A stretch of 63,592 nucleotides of DNA from Alphaproteobacteria bacterium (lineage in GTDB: Bacteria > Pseudomonadota > Alphaproteobacteria > Micavibrionales > Micavibrionaceae). Made by a program: the position numbers and the translations under genes. Positions 9,526-19,104 of this stretch are shown piece after piece. The notes under the pieces were generated by a model. The model was given only the letters and a program-made list of their open reading frames with translations, ran no database searches and was not told the origin of the DNA. Within the stretch, counting starts at the first letter, position 1. Every line of letters begins with the position of its first letter. The stretch covers positions 1 through 63,592 of the forward strand of contig JBDHTT010000001.1 in the NCBI GenBank assembly GCA_039808785.1. Reading direction: 5' to 3'.

Positions 9526-10187
9526 TGCTGAAGAAGATAGCTTACTTATTCAAACCCAGAATGATAACGCACTGCATACGGTATTTTTTCTCGGCCGATA
9601 AGATTATCAAGGTGAGAGATTACGCGAATGAGCAAGAGTACTATGCGCACCAAAAGGAAAAAACGAACGATCCAGTACGCCGCAAGATTTGGCTAAATGA
9701 AGAATGGGATGTTAAACTGAACGGGTTTAAAGAGATTTTCGCGCGTCATCCCTCGGTCGTTCAGCCTGGAATGAAAGCAATATGCCTTGGTGCACGCACA
9801 GGGCAAGAGGTACAGGCTCTTCGTGATATGGGGCTGGAGGACGCAATCGGGATAGACTTGGTTGCTATGCCACCACTGGTCATTGAGGGGGACGTCCATA
9901 ATTTACCGTTCGAAGATAATACATTTGATGTAGCCTTCTCAAATATTTTCGACCATTTGTTAGAACCTCAAAAATTTGTGGCAGAGGTAGAGCGCGTTCT
10001 AAAACCAGGGGGACATTTTATCCTGCACATTGGAACCGGACCGCAAATGGATCAGTTTTCTGTGCAGTTACTAAAAGATTCAAAACCCGCCGAAGCGTGC
10101 TTCAAAAAAAGCGATATTGTCAAAAGTCATAAAATCAAAAACTCGTTCGATCCAATGAATTGGGAAATTGTGGCGAGGAAGAGATAG
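9525..10187 (+). CDS. Class I SAM-dependent methyltransferase
   Basis: Motif I-like AICLGARTGQEVQAL and the Methyltransf_11-like tail DVAFSNIFDHLLEPQKFVAEVERVLKPGGHFIL. The start overlaps the upstream stop (ATAATG). Confidence 0.7.
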   Translation: MLKKIAYLFKPRMITHCIRYFFSADKIIKVRDYANEQEYYAHQKEKTNDPVRRKIWLNEEWDVKLNGFKEIFARHPSVVQPGMKAICLGARTGQEVQALRDMGLEDAIGIDLVAMPPLVIEGDVHNLPFEDNTFDVAFSNIFDHLLEPQKFVAEVERVLKPGGHFILHIGTGPQMDQFSVQLLKDSKPAEACFKKSDIVKSHKIKNSFDPMNWEIVARKR

Positions 10188-10191
10188 CGCG

Positions 10192-11193
10192 ATGTGTACA
10201 CATAATATTGAATACAGGCAGGCAAAAGTAAGTGATGTAAATGAAATCATAGCTCTTTTTAGGGCTGTCTTTGGAAGTTCTTCTGAGGAAAAATTATTAA
10301 CTTGGCTGTTAAAAAAAAATGATATTGAGATCAATGGGTATGTTGCTGCATACAATAATAATGTTGTTGGCTTTGTAGGATACATACTGAACAACTATAG
10401 TGCATATGGGAAAATGCTCGAAGGAATCCATCCAGTTTTATGGTCGGTACATCCAGAATATACAGGACTGGGAATTGGAAAAGAACTATATAAGAGGGTT
10501 CTTGAGTGTTGTAATTTTAGTGTGATATTTGAAGGAACGGATAAAGCTAAAAGAATGTATCCCACATTGGGGTATCGCAAGATTGGTAACGCCGTAATAC
10601 TGAAGTTCTTTTTTATCAAAGATTTTTTCCCTCACAATATACAAGATTTAATAAAAATTTCATCGCTATTTCTTAATAAGCTGACTGAGTTCGTGTTATC
10701 TAGAGTATTGCGTGGCTGTAGGATGGATGTTGAGCGGTGTGATGGCAATGTTCCAGTGGAATTTCCAGAGTTTCTAAAATCAGATGTACAAAAGGTTTGT
10801 AATCTTCCATCAACAAACAAGATTCTTTGGCTACAAGAGTATCCTTTTGCAGAAAAATTTTTTTTAAGAGTCTATAAAGATAAAGAGCAAATAGGATGGG
10901 TCTTTTTGTATAGAAGCAATCAAGAAAAGAAATATGGAAGAATTATTTATCAGAGTCCTATGGAACTCTCTACCTGGGAGTGGATTTTTTTAATGATCAA
11001 AATAAAGGATTTTGCTTCTGGATTGGGTATTGAAACTGTTTCAGCTTTATCAACAAACAAGAAAAATATATTTGCGATGTTATGTTTAGGGTTTGTGCCT
11101 ATAGCGTTTAGACCTATCTGGGCTAATAAATTTATAGACAAAGGTTTTGATCTAAGCTTTCTTGAAGGGGATGCGTTCTACAGGGGGATATAA
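10192..11193 (+). CDS. GNAT-family N-acetyltransferase with a C-terminal extension
   Basis: IEYRQAKVSDVNEIIALFRAVFG ... HPEYTGLGIGKELYKRVLE is an acetyl-CoA-binding-type motif. I prefer the ATG at 10192 because GAGGAAGAG lies upstream and it sits after the preceding stop. The ORF track starts at 10168. Confidence 0.6.
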   Translation: MCTHNIEYRQAKVSDVNEIIALFRAVFGSSSEEKLLTWLLKKNDIEINGYVAAYNNNVVGFVGYILNNYSAYGKMLEGIHPVLWSVHPEYTGLGIGKELYKRVLECCNFSVIFEGTDKAKRMYPTLGYRKIGNAVILKFFFIKDFFPHNIQDLIKISSLFLNKLTEFVLSRVLRGCRMDVERCDGNVPVEFPEFLKSDVQKVCNLPSTNKILWLQEYPFAEKFFLRVYKDKEQIGWVFLYRSNQEKKYGRIIYQSPMELSTWEWIFLMIKIKDFASGLGIETVSALSTNKKNIFAMLCLGFVPIAFRPIWANKFIDKGFDLSFLEGDAFYRGI

Positions 11194-12140
11194 TGGATAT
11201 ACTTTTTACCATTGATACAGAATGGGATAGACTCCCTCAGCATTCTGAGGAAAGTATGCAGTGTAAAAATTTGCTTGCTATGACTCAATTGTGGAAGGTC
11301 TTCGATGACGTAGGGGCAAAGGCAACTTTTTTTTGTGCGAATGAGGTTATTGGCAAATCCGAGTTTGAAAAATTTGCTTCTAATTTGGTATCTCTTGGCA
11401 AAGCCGAGATAGGGACTCATTTGCATCCTTGGACAACTCCCCCATACAATGAATTTGAAAAAGCCTTCCCCTACAAGGGTAGTTTTCCAACAGAGTTGTC
11501 CTTAAGTATATTTGAGGAGAAACTCCTTCATCTTAAGAATAATTTAGAAAAAAGGTTTCATAAGCAATATGTTTATCGTGCCGGAAGATTCGGAATTTCA
11601 GAAGACCACATCGGAATTTTAGCTAAACACGGTTATCTTTACGATAGCTCAATCACCCCATATGTAGACTGGAGCAGAACTGCTGGTATGTCACCTGAGG
11701 CTGGTCCGAATCATTCATCATATAGTCCTTTTCCATTTGAATGGATTGTTGATGGTGCCTGCATTGATGAGTTTCCTATAACAATCTTAAGAAGAAGCCC
11801 TGAAAGCTATTTGGGGAAATTATATAATAGTCTGATAAAAGGGAAGCGTAATGGTGACGTCTTATGGCTACGTCCATTGCCTGAAAATCGATTTTCGGAT
11901 TTTAAAAGGATCGTTAGAAGATCGAAAGAAATGGGGTTATCAACATTAGTAATGTTTATGCATTCTAATGAATTCGATCCCAAAAGAAACCCGTATTTTG
12001 ATTCTGAAATTAAGGTTGAAAGAATGGTAAAAGATTTAATAAATTTCTTTATCTGGATACAAAACGAAGGATACAATTTCCGGCTTTTTAAAGATATTGC
12101 CTCATCAAAAGTTGCTATTATTAATGAGAAAGTATCATGA
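11193..12140 (+). CDS. Polysaccharide deacetylase-like (carbohydrate esterase 4-like) protein
   Basis: N-terminal FTIDTEWD and GAKATFFC...EIGTHLHPW, reminiscent of deacetylase/WalW-like proteins. Translationally coupled to both neighbours. Confidence 0.4.
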   Translation: MDILFTIDTEWDRLPQHSEESMQCKNLLAMTQLWKVFDDVGAKATFFCANEVIGKSEFEKFASNLVSLGKAEIGTHLHPWTTPPYNEFEKAFPYKGSFPTELSLSIFEEKLLHLKNNLEKRFHKQYVYRAGRFGISEDHIGILAKHGYLYDSSITPYVDWSRTAGMSPEAGPNHSSYSPFPFEWIVDGACIDEFPITILRRSPESYLGKLYNSLIKGKRNGDVLWLRPLPENRFSDFKRIVRRSKEMGLSTLVMFMHSNEFDPKRNPYFDSEIKVERMVKDLINFFIWIQNEGYNFRLFKDIASSKVAIINEKVS

Positions 12141-13156
12141 AACTTTATATCAATTTCCCCGTTCAGAATAAACCATGGGGTGGGGGAGCTCAGTTCCTTA
12201 ATGCTTTGAATCATGAGCTAAAGGAAAGAGGTTGTTTGGCAGACTCGCCATTGGAAGCAGATTGCATTCTGGTAAATAGCCACCACTTTCTTCTTGAAGC
12301 AGCTAGAATAAAACTTTCATATCCCCAGATTCGTTTGATCCATCGTTTGGATGGACCTATTTCCGTAGGTAGAAAGAACGGATTTATTACAGATAAATTC
12401 ATCTATTTTTTCAATAGGTATTTCTCTGATGGAACCATCTTTCAATCCGAATGGTCGAAAAATGAAAATATAAAGAGGGGATTACGTTTTCCTGATTTAA
12501 ACGCAACTATTATTAATGCGGTTACTAGCTCTATTTTTTTTTCGCAAGAAAAAGGAAAGGGTGAGCATGCTCCAAGAATAAAGATCATTAGTGCTACTTG
12601 GTCACCTGCCTATACCAAAGGTTTTGATATTTACGCCTATCTCGATAACCATCTGGATTTTTCTAAATATGAATACACATTTGTTGGAAATACACCGATA
12701 TCATTCAAAAATATAAAAATCTTGTCACCAATGAACAGCGTTGACCTTTCTAGGCTTCTAAGAGAGCAAGATATTTATATTACTGCAAGTTTAAACGATC
12801 CGTGCTCTAATTCTTTATTGGAGGGGCTGGCTTCAGGACTGGCGTGTTTGGCAAGAAACTCAGGTGGACACCCAACTATACTAACCTCAAATCGCGGAGT
12901 TTTATTCAATGGAGAACAAGACATCATAGAACGTATTGATTATCTATCCAATAATTTGTCTAAATTTCAATTTAAGGAGAATCCTATAAGTATGAAGGAT
13001 ACATGCAACGCTTATTTAGGTTTTTTTCAGCATAGTTTGAATAATTCCAATAAAACACCATTGTTTTTTTCATATTGTACATTGATGTTATTACATTTTA
13101 TTAATGAGCTTGTTAATGTGGGATGTTTAAAAAGATTTTTTGACAAATTTTTTTAG
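12137..13156 (+). CDS. Glycosyltransferase (GT-B fold)
   Basis: 339 aa. C-terminal motif DIYITASLNDPCSNSLLEGLASGLACLARNSGGHP is typical of the GT1/GT4 E-x7-E region. ATGA overlap with the upstream gene. Confidence 0.6.
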   Translation: MKLYINFPVQNKPWGGGAQFLNALNHELKERGCLADSPLEADCILVNSHHFLLEAARIKLSYPQIRLIHRLDGPISVGRKNGFITDKFIYFFNRYFSDGTIFQSEWSKNENIKRGLRFPDLNATIINAVTSSIFFSQEKGKGEHAPRIKIISATWSPAYTKGFDIYAYLDNHLDFSKYEYTFVGNTPISFKNIKILSPMNSVDLSRLLREQDIYITASLNDPCSNSLLEGLASGLACLARNSGGHPTILTSNRGVLFNGEQDIIERIDYLSNNLSKFQFKENPISMKDTCNAYLGFFQHSLNNSNKTPLFFSYCTLMLLHFINELVNVGCLKRFFDKFF

Positions 13157-13290
13157 TTGGCGTGGATTAAAAAAATAACTTTTAATTTCTTAAGTATTAC
13201 AACAGCTAACCATTAATATAAAATTTTCACGCTACAAGAGCAACTGGCAATCAAAAGTTTGTTTTTAAAATTGATAGCAAAGGTAAAAAG

Positions 13291-14007
13291 ATGACAGCAC
13301 AATATTCCATACCGGATAAAGCGGTTCCTTATATTCTGTTTCAAAGAACTGCATATCTAAAATATACCCATTCGTTGTTGTACAGGGCGCTCAGGAAAGT
13401 AAGTCCGTTCTCGTTGTATAAAAAAACTGTTCATCTGGAGTCTTGTGTTCGCGGTAATAAAATTAAAGCGATGTACATGGATGATATGACGCATGAATAT
13501 AATGTGATTAAAGGGGATTTGCCGGAAAACTGCCAGTCAGTCCTTGATATTGGTTGCGGAATTGCAGGAATTAATATTCTTGTGAACCAACACTATAAAA
13601 ATCTAGATATAAAGTTCTACCTTTTGGATAAGAGCGAAATTGAGAATAATGTCTTCTATCTTTTTAATTCGAAAGGAGCTTTCTACAATTCTCTGGAGCT
13701 AGCTTGTGATACGCTTTCAACTAACGGAATCTTAAGGAAAAACATTATTCCTATCGTTGCAAATGAAAAGAACGAGATTGCAATAGATGAAAAAATAGAC
13801 CTGATTATATCTCTTATTTCTTGGGGATTTCATTATCCTGTTTCAACCTATCTTGACCGGGCGTATGAAATCTTGTCAGAAAACGGTCGTTTAATTATAG
13901 ATGTTCGTAAAGACACGGACGGTCTTGATTTACTAATATCCAAGTTTGCTCATGTGGACGTAATTGAAGAAAACACAACTCGCAAACGGGTTGTTTGCTC
14001 CAAATAA
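13291..14007 (+). CDS. Putative SAM-dependent methyltransferase
   Basis: Gly-rich motif I VLDIGCGIAGINILV, an acidic residue after beta-2 (FYLLDKSE) and a later DLIISLISWGFHY segment. Confidence 0.5.
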   Translation: MTAQYSIPDKAVPYILFQRTAYLKYTHSLLYRALRKVSPFSLYKKTVHLESCVRGNKIKAMYMDDMTHEYNVIKGDLPENCQSVLDIGCGIAGINILVNQHYKNLDIKFYLLDKSEIENNVFYLFNSKGAFYNSLELACDTLSTNGILRKNIIPIVANEKNEIAIDEKIDLIISLISWGFHYPVSTYLDRAYEILSENGRLIIDVRKDTDGLDLLISKFAHVDVIEENTTRKRVVCSK

Positions 14008-14021
14008 GGAAAGTGAAGTAA

Positions 14022-14786
14022 ATGATGAAACAAAAGATTCTTAATGTATTGGGCCTGCAGCCAACCAGCCGTCGTCATGTGATTGATGAATTCGCAGACA
14101 AGCTATTCCTTGTAGATGAGCAAAGACAAAGAGAAATCTATGCCCAGATCAAAAACCGGACCATGATTGGTGGTTTAGGAATTTTGGCAAACATGGATGC
14201 GATTGATTATCTGTGCCAAAATAAAATTTCGGGCGCAATTGTCGAATGTGGCGTTTGGAAAGGCGGGTCAGTTGCCGCCATGCTCTCACGCTTAATGGAT
14301 AACAATGACAAGACAAGACAAGTATTTCTTTTTGACACATTCGCAGGAATGACGGCTCCGACTGCGTTCGATAAGAAAGGCTCAGTCAATGTTGTCAAGA
14401 AATTCGAAGACTGCCAAAAAAGTGACCACAACGAATGGTGTTATTCCCCGTTGACAACGGTCAAAGAGACGATTTCTATGACAGGTTATCCGAACAGCAA
14501 TATTTCTTATGTGCAGGGTGATGTATTGAAAACACTACCTGAAACAAACACAGGTGAGATTGCCTTGCTGCGGCTTGATACTGATTGGTATGAAAGCACC
14601 AAATGCGAAATGGAGTATCTTTTTCCAAAAGTTGTTCACGGTGGTGTTATTATCATTGATGACTACGGTGCATGGGAAGGAGCTCGCAAAGCAGTAGATG
14701 AGTATTTTGCTGAACGAAATATCCATCCCTTGATGTTCCGAATCGACCAAACCCGTAGAATGTTTGTCAAAATGGACAGCAAATAA
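14022..14786 (+). CDS. TylF/MycF-family (macrocin-type) O-methyltransferase
   Basis: GAIVECGVWKGGS, LFDTFAGM and LRLDTDWYESTK...GGVIIIDDYGAWEGARKAVDEYF are characteristic of the TylF methyltransferase family. Confidence 0.75.
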   Translation: MMKQKILNVLGLQPTSRRHVIDEFADKLFLVDEQRQREIYAQIKNRTMIGGLGILANMDAIDYLCQNKISGAIVECGVWKGGSVAAMLSRLMDNNDKTRQVFLFDTFAGMTAPTAFDKKGSVNVVKKFEDCQKSDHNEWCYSPLTTVKETISMTGYPNSNISYVQGDVLKTLPETNTGEIALLRLDTDWYESTKCEMEYLFPKVVHGGVIIIDDYGAWEGARKAVDEYFAERNIHPLMFRIDQTRRMFVKMDSK

Positions 14787-15493
14787 TGTCAAAAGTTCTG
14801 CTGCCAACCCGAATGGGACTGGGTATGGGGATTTCCTCTTCCGCGAGACGGTATTTCGTGGACAGGTTTTATGATTCTTATTCCGAGGAATTTTCCCGAG
14901 CCAAATCAATTCTGGACGTCGGCGGAACCAGAGACAAAAAGCGCGGCCAGTTTGATATTTCTAAACATAGCCAGAATGTGATGGTCCTAAATATTGATGA
15001 TGGAAAGGGAGCGGATATCGTTTGTAACGCATCATCTATGCCAATTGCTGACGCAACCTATGATATAATTATTTGCGCGGAAGTTCTCGAGCACGTCGAA
15101 TCCCCCGAAAAAGTCCTCTCCGAAATTTCGCGTGTCTGCGCCGAGGGGGGGTATATCTATCTGACGGCGCCGTTCCTTTTTCCGGTGCATGCCGACCCTT
15201 ACGATTTCAGAAGATTTACATCCGCCTGCTGGCAAAAAATGATAGCCGATGCGGGTCTGGAAGTTGTCAAGATCCAACCACAGGGGAATTTCTATACTGT
15301 CTTAGCCGATATGCTCAGAATGTGGGTATATAAAAAAGTCAAAAACAAACTTTTGCGCTTCGGCTTATACGTTGTGCTGCGCCCATTCATCACGTGGTCG
15401 ATAAAGGCTGCTGATAGTCATGTTGATGAATTTACGGTTTCTTTCACAAGCGGTTATGGCGTAGTTGCACGAAAACCACTTAATGTAGGGTAA
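14786..15493 (+). CDS. Class I SAM-dependent methyltransferase
   Basis: ILDVGG motif I and the Methyltransf_11-like DIIICAEVLEHVESPEKVLSEISRVCAEGGYIYLTAP. Confidence 0.7.
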   Translation: MSKVLLPTRMGLGMGISSSARRYFVDRFYDSYSEEFSRAKSILDVGGTRDKKRGQFDISKHSQNVMVLNIDDGKGADIVCNASSMPIADATYDIIICAEVLEHVESPEKVLSEISRVCAEGGYIYLTAPFLFPVHADPYDFRRFTSACWQKMIADAGLEVVKIQPQGNFYTVLADMLRMWVYKKVKNKLLRFGLYVVLRPFITWSIKAADSHVDEFTVSFTSGYGVVARKPLNVG

Positions 15494-15717
15494 AAAAGTA
15501 CTCTTAACTGCTCGGCCCCAAAAGTCGAGATGTGCCCACCATTGTAATACAGACTTCTACCATCTTTAGAGATATTGCAGCGATTTACGTCGCAGAAATA
15601 ATTTATGGGGTCAAGAATGCTGAGATTTTGGTTTCCTTCATTCATACGTGAGATGAACAAAATCGGCTGGCGTACTGCCCGTAATCCATCAATGTCTGCC
15701 CTGTATTGTAACGACAT
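15454..15717 (-). pseudogene. Internally deleted O-acyltransferase (OafA/YrhL acyltransferase-3 plus SGNH type) relic
   Basis: The 87-codon ORF joins an acyltransferase-3 N-terminus (YRADIDGLRAV) directly to an SGNH-domain-like C-terminus (ILDPINYFCD..C....DGRSLYYNGGHISTFGAEQL). The roughly 500-600 aa in between are missing. Its 3' end overlaps the convergent methyltransferase gene. Confidence 0.55.
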
Positions 15718-15729
15718 ACCTAAGGTATC

Positions 15730-17433
15730 TTAAATCCATTTTGACTTATTTTGACTGGAAACTTCATAGATCTTGTCTGCATAGGCTTTTATAGCGGGGT
15801 TATGTGTGACCATGATGACAATCATCTTCCGGGACAATTCTTTGAATGTATCAAGAAGATTAATTTCTGTTTTGGTATCTAGCGCGCTGGTGGCTTCGTC
15901 CAGCAACAGAATTTTCGGATGGCTAACAATTGCCCGCGCAATGGAGATTCTCTGTTTCTGTCCGCCTGAGAGTTTCCGCCCATTCTCTCCTGCCGAAGTA
16001 TAGATTCCATCGGGAAGTTTACGAACAAAATCTTCTGCTCCAGCTGCCCGTAAGGACTCCCAGACTTCATCATCAGTTATACCGTCTCGCCCCATGAGAA
16101 CATTCGCCTTAATACTGTCATTAAATAAAAAGGTTTCTTGGTGAACAAACCCAATATTCTGCCGCCATTGACATAACTCAATATCCCTAAGATTGAGACC
16201 TTCTATAAGAATATTACCGCTCTCCGGCTGATAAAATCCGCTGAGCATGTCAAGGATGGTAGTTTTCCCTGATCCAGACTCACCAACAATAATCGAGAAT
16301 TCGCCCCGTTTAAATTCCATGTTATGCTTGTCGAATATCTTCTTCTGCCCATGGGAAAAAGTTACATTATTGAATGTAATATGCTGAACATCGACAGGGG
16401 AGCACAATGTTCCGGAATTGATCTCTTTAGCAGCCTCAACGGTTTTTTGAGCATCAACCAATGACCACAAAGCACTTTCTTCACTTCCCAATCGTTGATA
16501 TTCGGTTTGGGCAGCATTCAGGCCAGACATGATGCGAATGAACATAACCATCATCAGGATGAGTTGCGCTCCGCTCAATCCACCCAGAGACATAGTCAAA
16601 TAAATACCAATGACGGCGCTGATCGCCATAATTGGTTCGTGAAAAATCCGCAAAGATTGGGTGGAGACAAGCTGCTTGACACGAGCATCCTTCATTCTGT
16701 TCGAGTATCCACGCAGAATATCACCAAATTTGTTTTCAAGCGACATGGCACGCAATGGCTTAATACCTTGCAGAATCTCGGCCATATCAACCATCATCGC
16801 TTTAATGGTCTGCGTCTCGTTCTCACCCGCAGCTCTGGCAATGCGAATAAAAACTTTTAAGGAAACGGCAGTTACCGCGCCAACTAAAATAATCCCGAGA
16901 GATACTTTCCAACTGAGGATGGCTGCCCCAGTAACATAGATGAAGAACTGGATCAGATAGGCAAAAAACCTAGTCAATGAGACAAAGGTAAGAGCGCCTC
17001 TATGGGTTTCGGTTGACACAGCATTGAGAATTTCTCCGAGAGGGTGTGTCGAAAAGAATTTCCAATCGGCCTTAAGGAGGTCTGCCAGGTAATTGTCCCT
17101 GAAATCCGTTGAAATCTTGGCAACAGTTGCCCCAACCTTTTTCATGGCAAACCAGAGAATAACGGATTTGCACGCAATCATTGAGCAGATAAAAACCGCC
17201 AAAGTGATGAAATCGATCTTTAGATTATATACCTTTAAAAAATTATCAAGGGGCTTGAAAGGAACGGAATCGATATGGTCTTTCCCTTGAATGAAAATCT
17301 GCAAAAAAGGCAAAAAAGCCGCAATCCCGAAGGCCTCCATAACTCCCGAGAAGAAAAGCAGGATAATAACGATGAAGGTACTATTGGGATAGTTTTTTAA
17401 ATAAAAGAGCAGAGTCTTGCTGATACTTTTCAT
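15730..17433 (-). CDS. Fused TMD-NBD ABC exporter (MsbA/PglK/Wzk-like)
   Basis: 567 aa. Six-helix N-terminal membrane domain, Walker A GESGSGKTT, signature LSGGQKQR and Walker B ILLLDEATSALD. Confidence 0.85.
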   Translation of the reverse strand: MKSISKTLLFYLKNYPNSTFIVIILLFFSGVMEAFGIAAFLPFLQIFIQGKDHIDSVPFKPLDNFLKVYNLKIDFITLAVFICSMIACKSVILWFAMKKVGATVAKISTDFRDNYLADLLKADWKFFSTHPLGEILNAVSTETHRGALTFVSLTRFFAYLIQFFIYVTGAAILSWKVSLGIILVGAVTAVSLKVFIRIARAAGENETQTIKAMMVDMAEILQGIKPLRAMSLENKFGDILRGYSNRMKDARVKQLVSTQSLRIFHEPIMAISAVIGIYLTMSLGGLSGAQLILMMVMFIRIMSGLNAAQTEYQRLGSEESALWSLVDAQKTVEAAKEINSGTLCSPVDVQHITFNNVTFSHGQKKIFDKHNMEFKRGEFSIIVGESGSGKTTILDMLSGFYQPESGNILIEGLNLRDIELCQWRQNIGFVHQETFLFNDSIKANVLMGRDGITDDEVWESLRAAGAEDFVRKLPDGIYTSAGENGRKLSGGQKQRISIARAIVSHPKILLLDEATSALDTKTEINLLDTFKELSRKMIVIMVTHNPAIKAYADKIYEVSSQNKSKWI

Positions 17434-18233
17434 TTTCTCCCCTGTTTTGCCGCGATCACACTGTCAGGCAATAGAGAAATAAGCAGGCTTCTGAATGTGT
17501 GATACATAGCCCCAATTCTACGATTTGGATTGTGAATCCAGCGTGCGCGAAAAGCGTCATAGGTTTGCCTCCACCGACGTTTTATACTAACTGATGATGA
17601 AAGGATATGTCGTTTGACAAGCGGCTCCGCCAGCATCACAACCCGTCCTTGTTCGGATAGTCGTATCCAGAATTCCATATCCTGTGATGTCACAAAGCTT
17701 TCATCATAACCACCAAGTTGTCTGGCTGTATCTGCTCTAAACATAGCGGTGCTATGGGCAAAAGGTGTTTTAAAGGAAATACTGTCTTTAAGATTTTCTT
17801 CGGTTTTATATCCCCATTCCGATGTCATCCCATTGCCGAAAATATTATCGCAGTTTGTTCCACATAGAACGATATCTGGATTTTCTTCCATCAGTTCAAC
17901 TTGTTTTTCCAAACGCCTAGGGCAAGCATGGTCATCTGCATCCAACCGAGCGATAAATTTTCCTTTGGCGACCTGTAACCCTGTGTTCAAAGAACAGGTA
18001 AGTCCCATATTCTTTTGAGAAATAAGATGGATACGGTCATCTTGTGCAACAAAATTTCTGAGAATATCCGCAGTCCCATCCGTTGAACCGTCATCAATCA
18101 AGATCAATTCAAAATGCGGATATGTCTGCTTCAGAATAGTTTTAATAGCTTCAGCAACGGTTTGTTCAGCATTATAGACGGCCATAACAACGGAAATAAG
18201 AGGTTGGGATCTTGGAGAAATATTTTTTTGCAT
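17430..18233 (-). CDS. Family 2 glycosyltransferase
   Basis: ISVVMAVYNAEQTVAEAIKTILKQTYPHFELILIDDGSTDGT plus the DxD-like RLDADD. Typical GT2 (GT-A fold). Confidence 0.85.
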   Translation of the reverse strand: MQKNISPRSQPLISVVMAVYNAEQTVAEAIKTILKQTYPHFELILIDDGSTDGTADILRNFVAQDDRIHLISQKNMGLTCSLNTGLQVAKGKFIARLDADDHACPRRLEKQVELMEENPDIVLCGTNCDNIFGNGMTSEWGYKTEENLKDSISFKTPFAHSTAMFRADTARQLGGYDESFVTSQDMEFWIRLSEQGRVVMLAEPLVKRHILSSSVSIKRRWRQTYDAFRARWIHNPNRRIGAMYHTFRSLLISLLPDSVIAAKQGRK

Positions 18234-18247
18234 TTTGTATTGAATAC

Positions 18248-19096
18248 TTAACCTTTGATACGTTTGGCTATCACATATTTCCTGTTCTTACCACTTTCGA
18301 TGATTTCTTTACTGTAACCGAATGAATCACAGCCATCATCTACGGCTTGGACAAGGCCCGGAAAATCAGCCATATTGTAATCATCAAAGACTATAATATC
18401 GCCAATCTTTTGTTTGCGGGCTACCGTTTCAAATTCAAACAAAACATCGTCATAACCGTGGGCACCATCAAGGAACGCAAAGCCAATATGATCTGCACAC
18501 ACCCGTGAAAGATTTATGCGGCTATCGCCCTCTATAAACAGGATAGAAAAGCCCGAAAGTTCACCCCATGGTTGAAGCAAATCTTTCCGCGATTTTGAAC
18601 CTTCGTGATCATCAATACAATTCCAATACATAGAAACATTGTGCGGCAAAATATCAAACGTAACAATCTTGCCATTTGCAGAGTGATCTGAAAGAGCTTT
18701 TGCCATGACGATAGAAGAAAAACCTCGTGCGGTTCCCGTTTCAAAAATTGTCAGGGGTGCAGATGACGCTCGCTGAGAAAGATATTTCCTAAGAATCGTA
18801 TAAAGAATGCGACCATGTTGATAGCACAAAGGTGAAGATTTGATAACAATTTGTGTGTGCAAAGCCAAATCATCCAACCAGTCTTTTTCAACAGAAAACC
18901 CCATCTCTTTTTCAAGTCGGTCAATTTCAGGGTAGGTAGATGATTTCTCATTTTGCCAAAGGGCAAGATACTCTTCCTTACTTGCGCGAATCGTTTTTCC
19001 AAACGGATAATCATGCCAGAATTTTTTGGACCAAGTATCTGCAAACTTATGTAACTTTCTTGCCAATGTACCGATCATATGATGTAGGGTCGTCAT
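18248..19096 (-). CDS. Class I SAM-dependent methyltransferase (Methyltransf_24-like)
   Basis: IFETGTARGFSSIVMAKAL ... FAFLDGAHGYDDVLFEFE ... GDIIVFDDY. Confidence 0.55.
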   Translation of the reverse strand: MTTLHHMIGTLARKLHKFADTWSKKFWHDYPFGKTIRASKEEYLALWQNEKSSTYPEIDRLEKEMGFSVEKDWLDDLALHTQIVIKSSPLCYQHGRILYTILRKYLSQRASSAPLTIFETGTARGFSSIVMAKALSDHSANGKIVTFDILPHNVSMYWNCIDDHEGSKSRKDLLQPWGELSGFSILFIEGDSRINLSRVCADHIGFAFLDGAHGYDDVLFEFETVARKQKIGDIIVFDDYNMADFPGLVQAVDDGCDSFGYSKEIIESGKNRKYVIAKRIKG

Positions 19097-19104
19097 TTCA
19101 AAAC

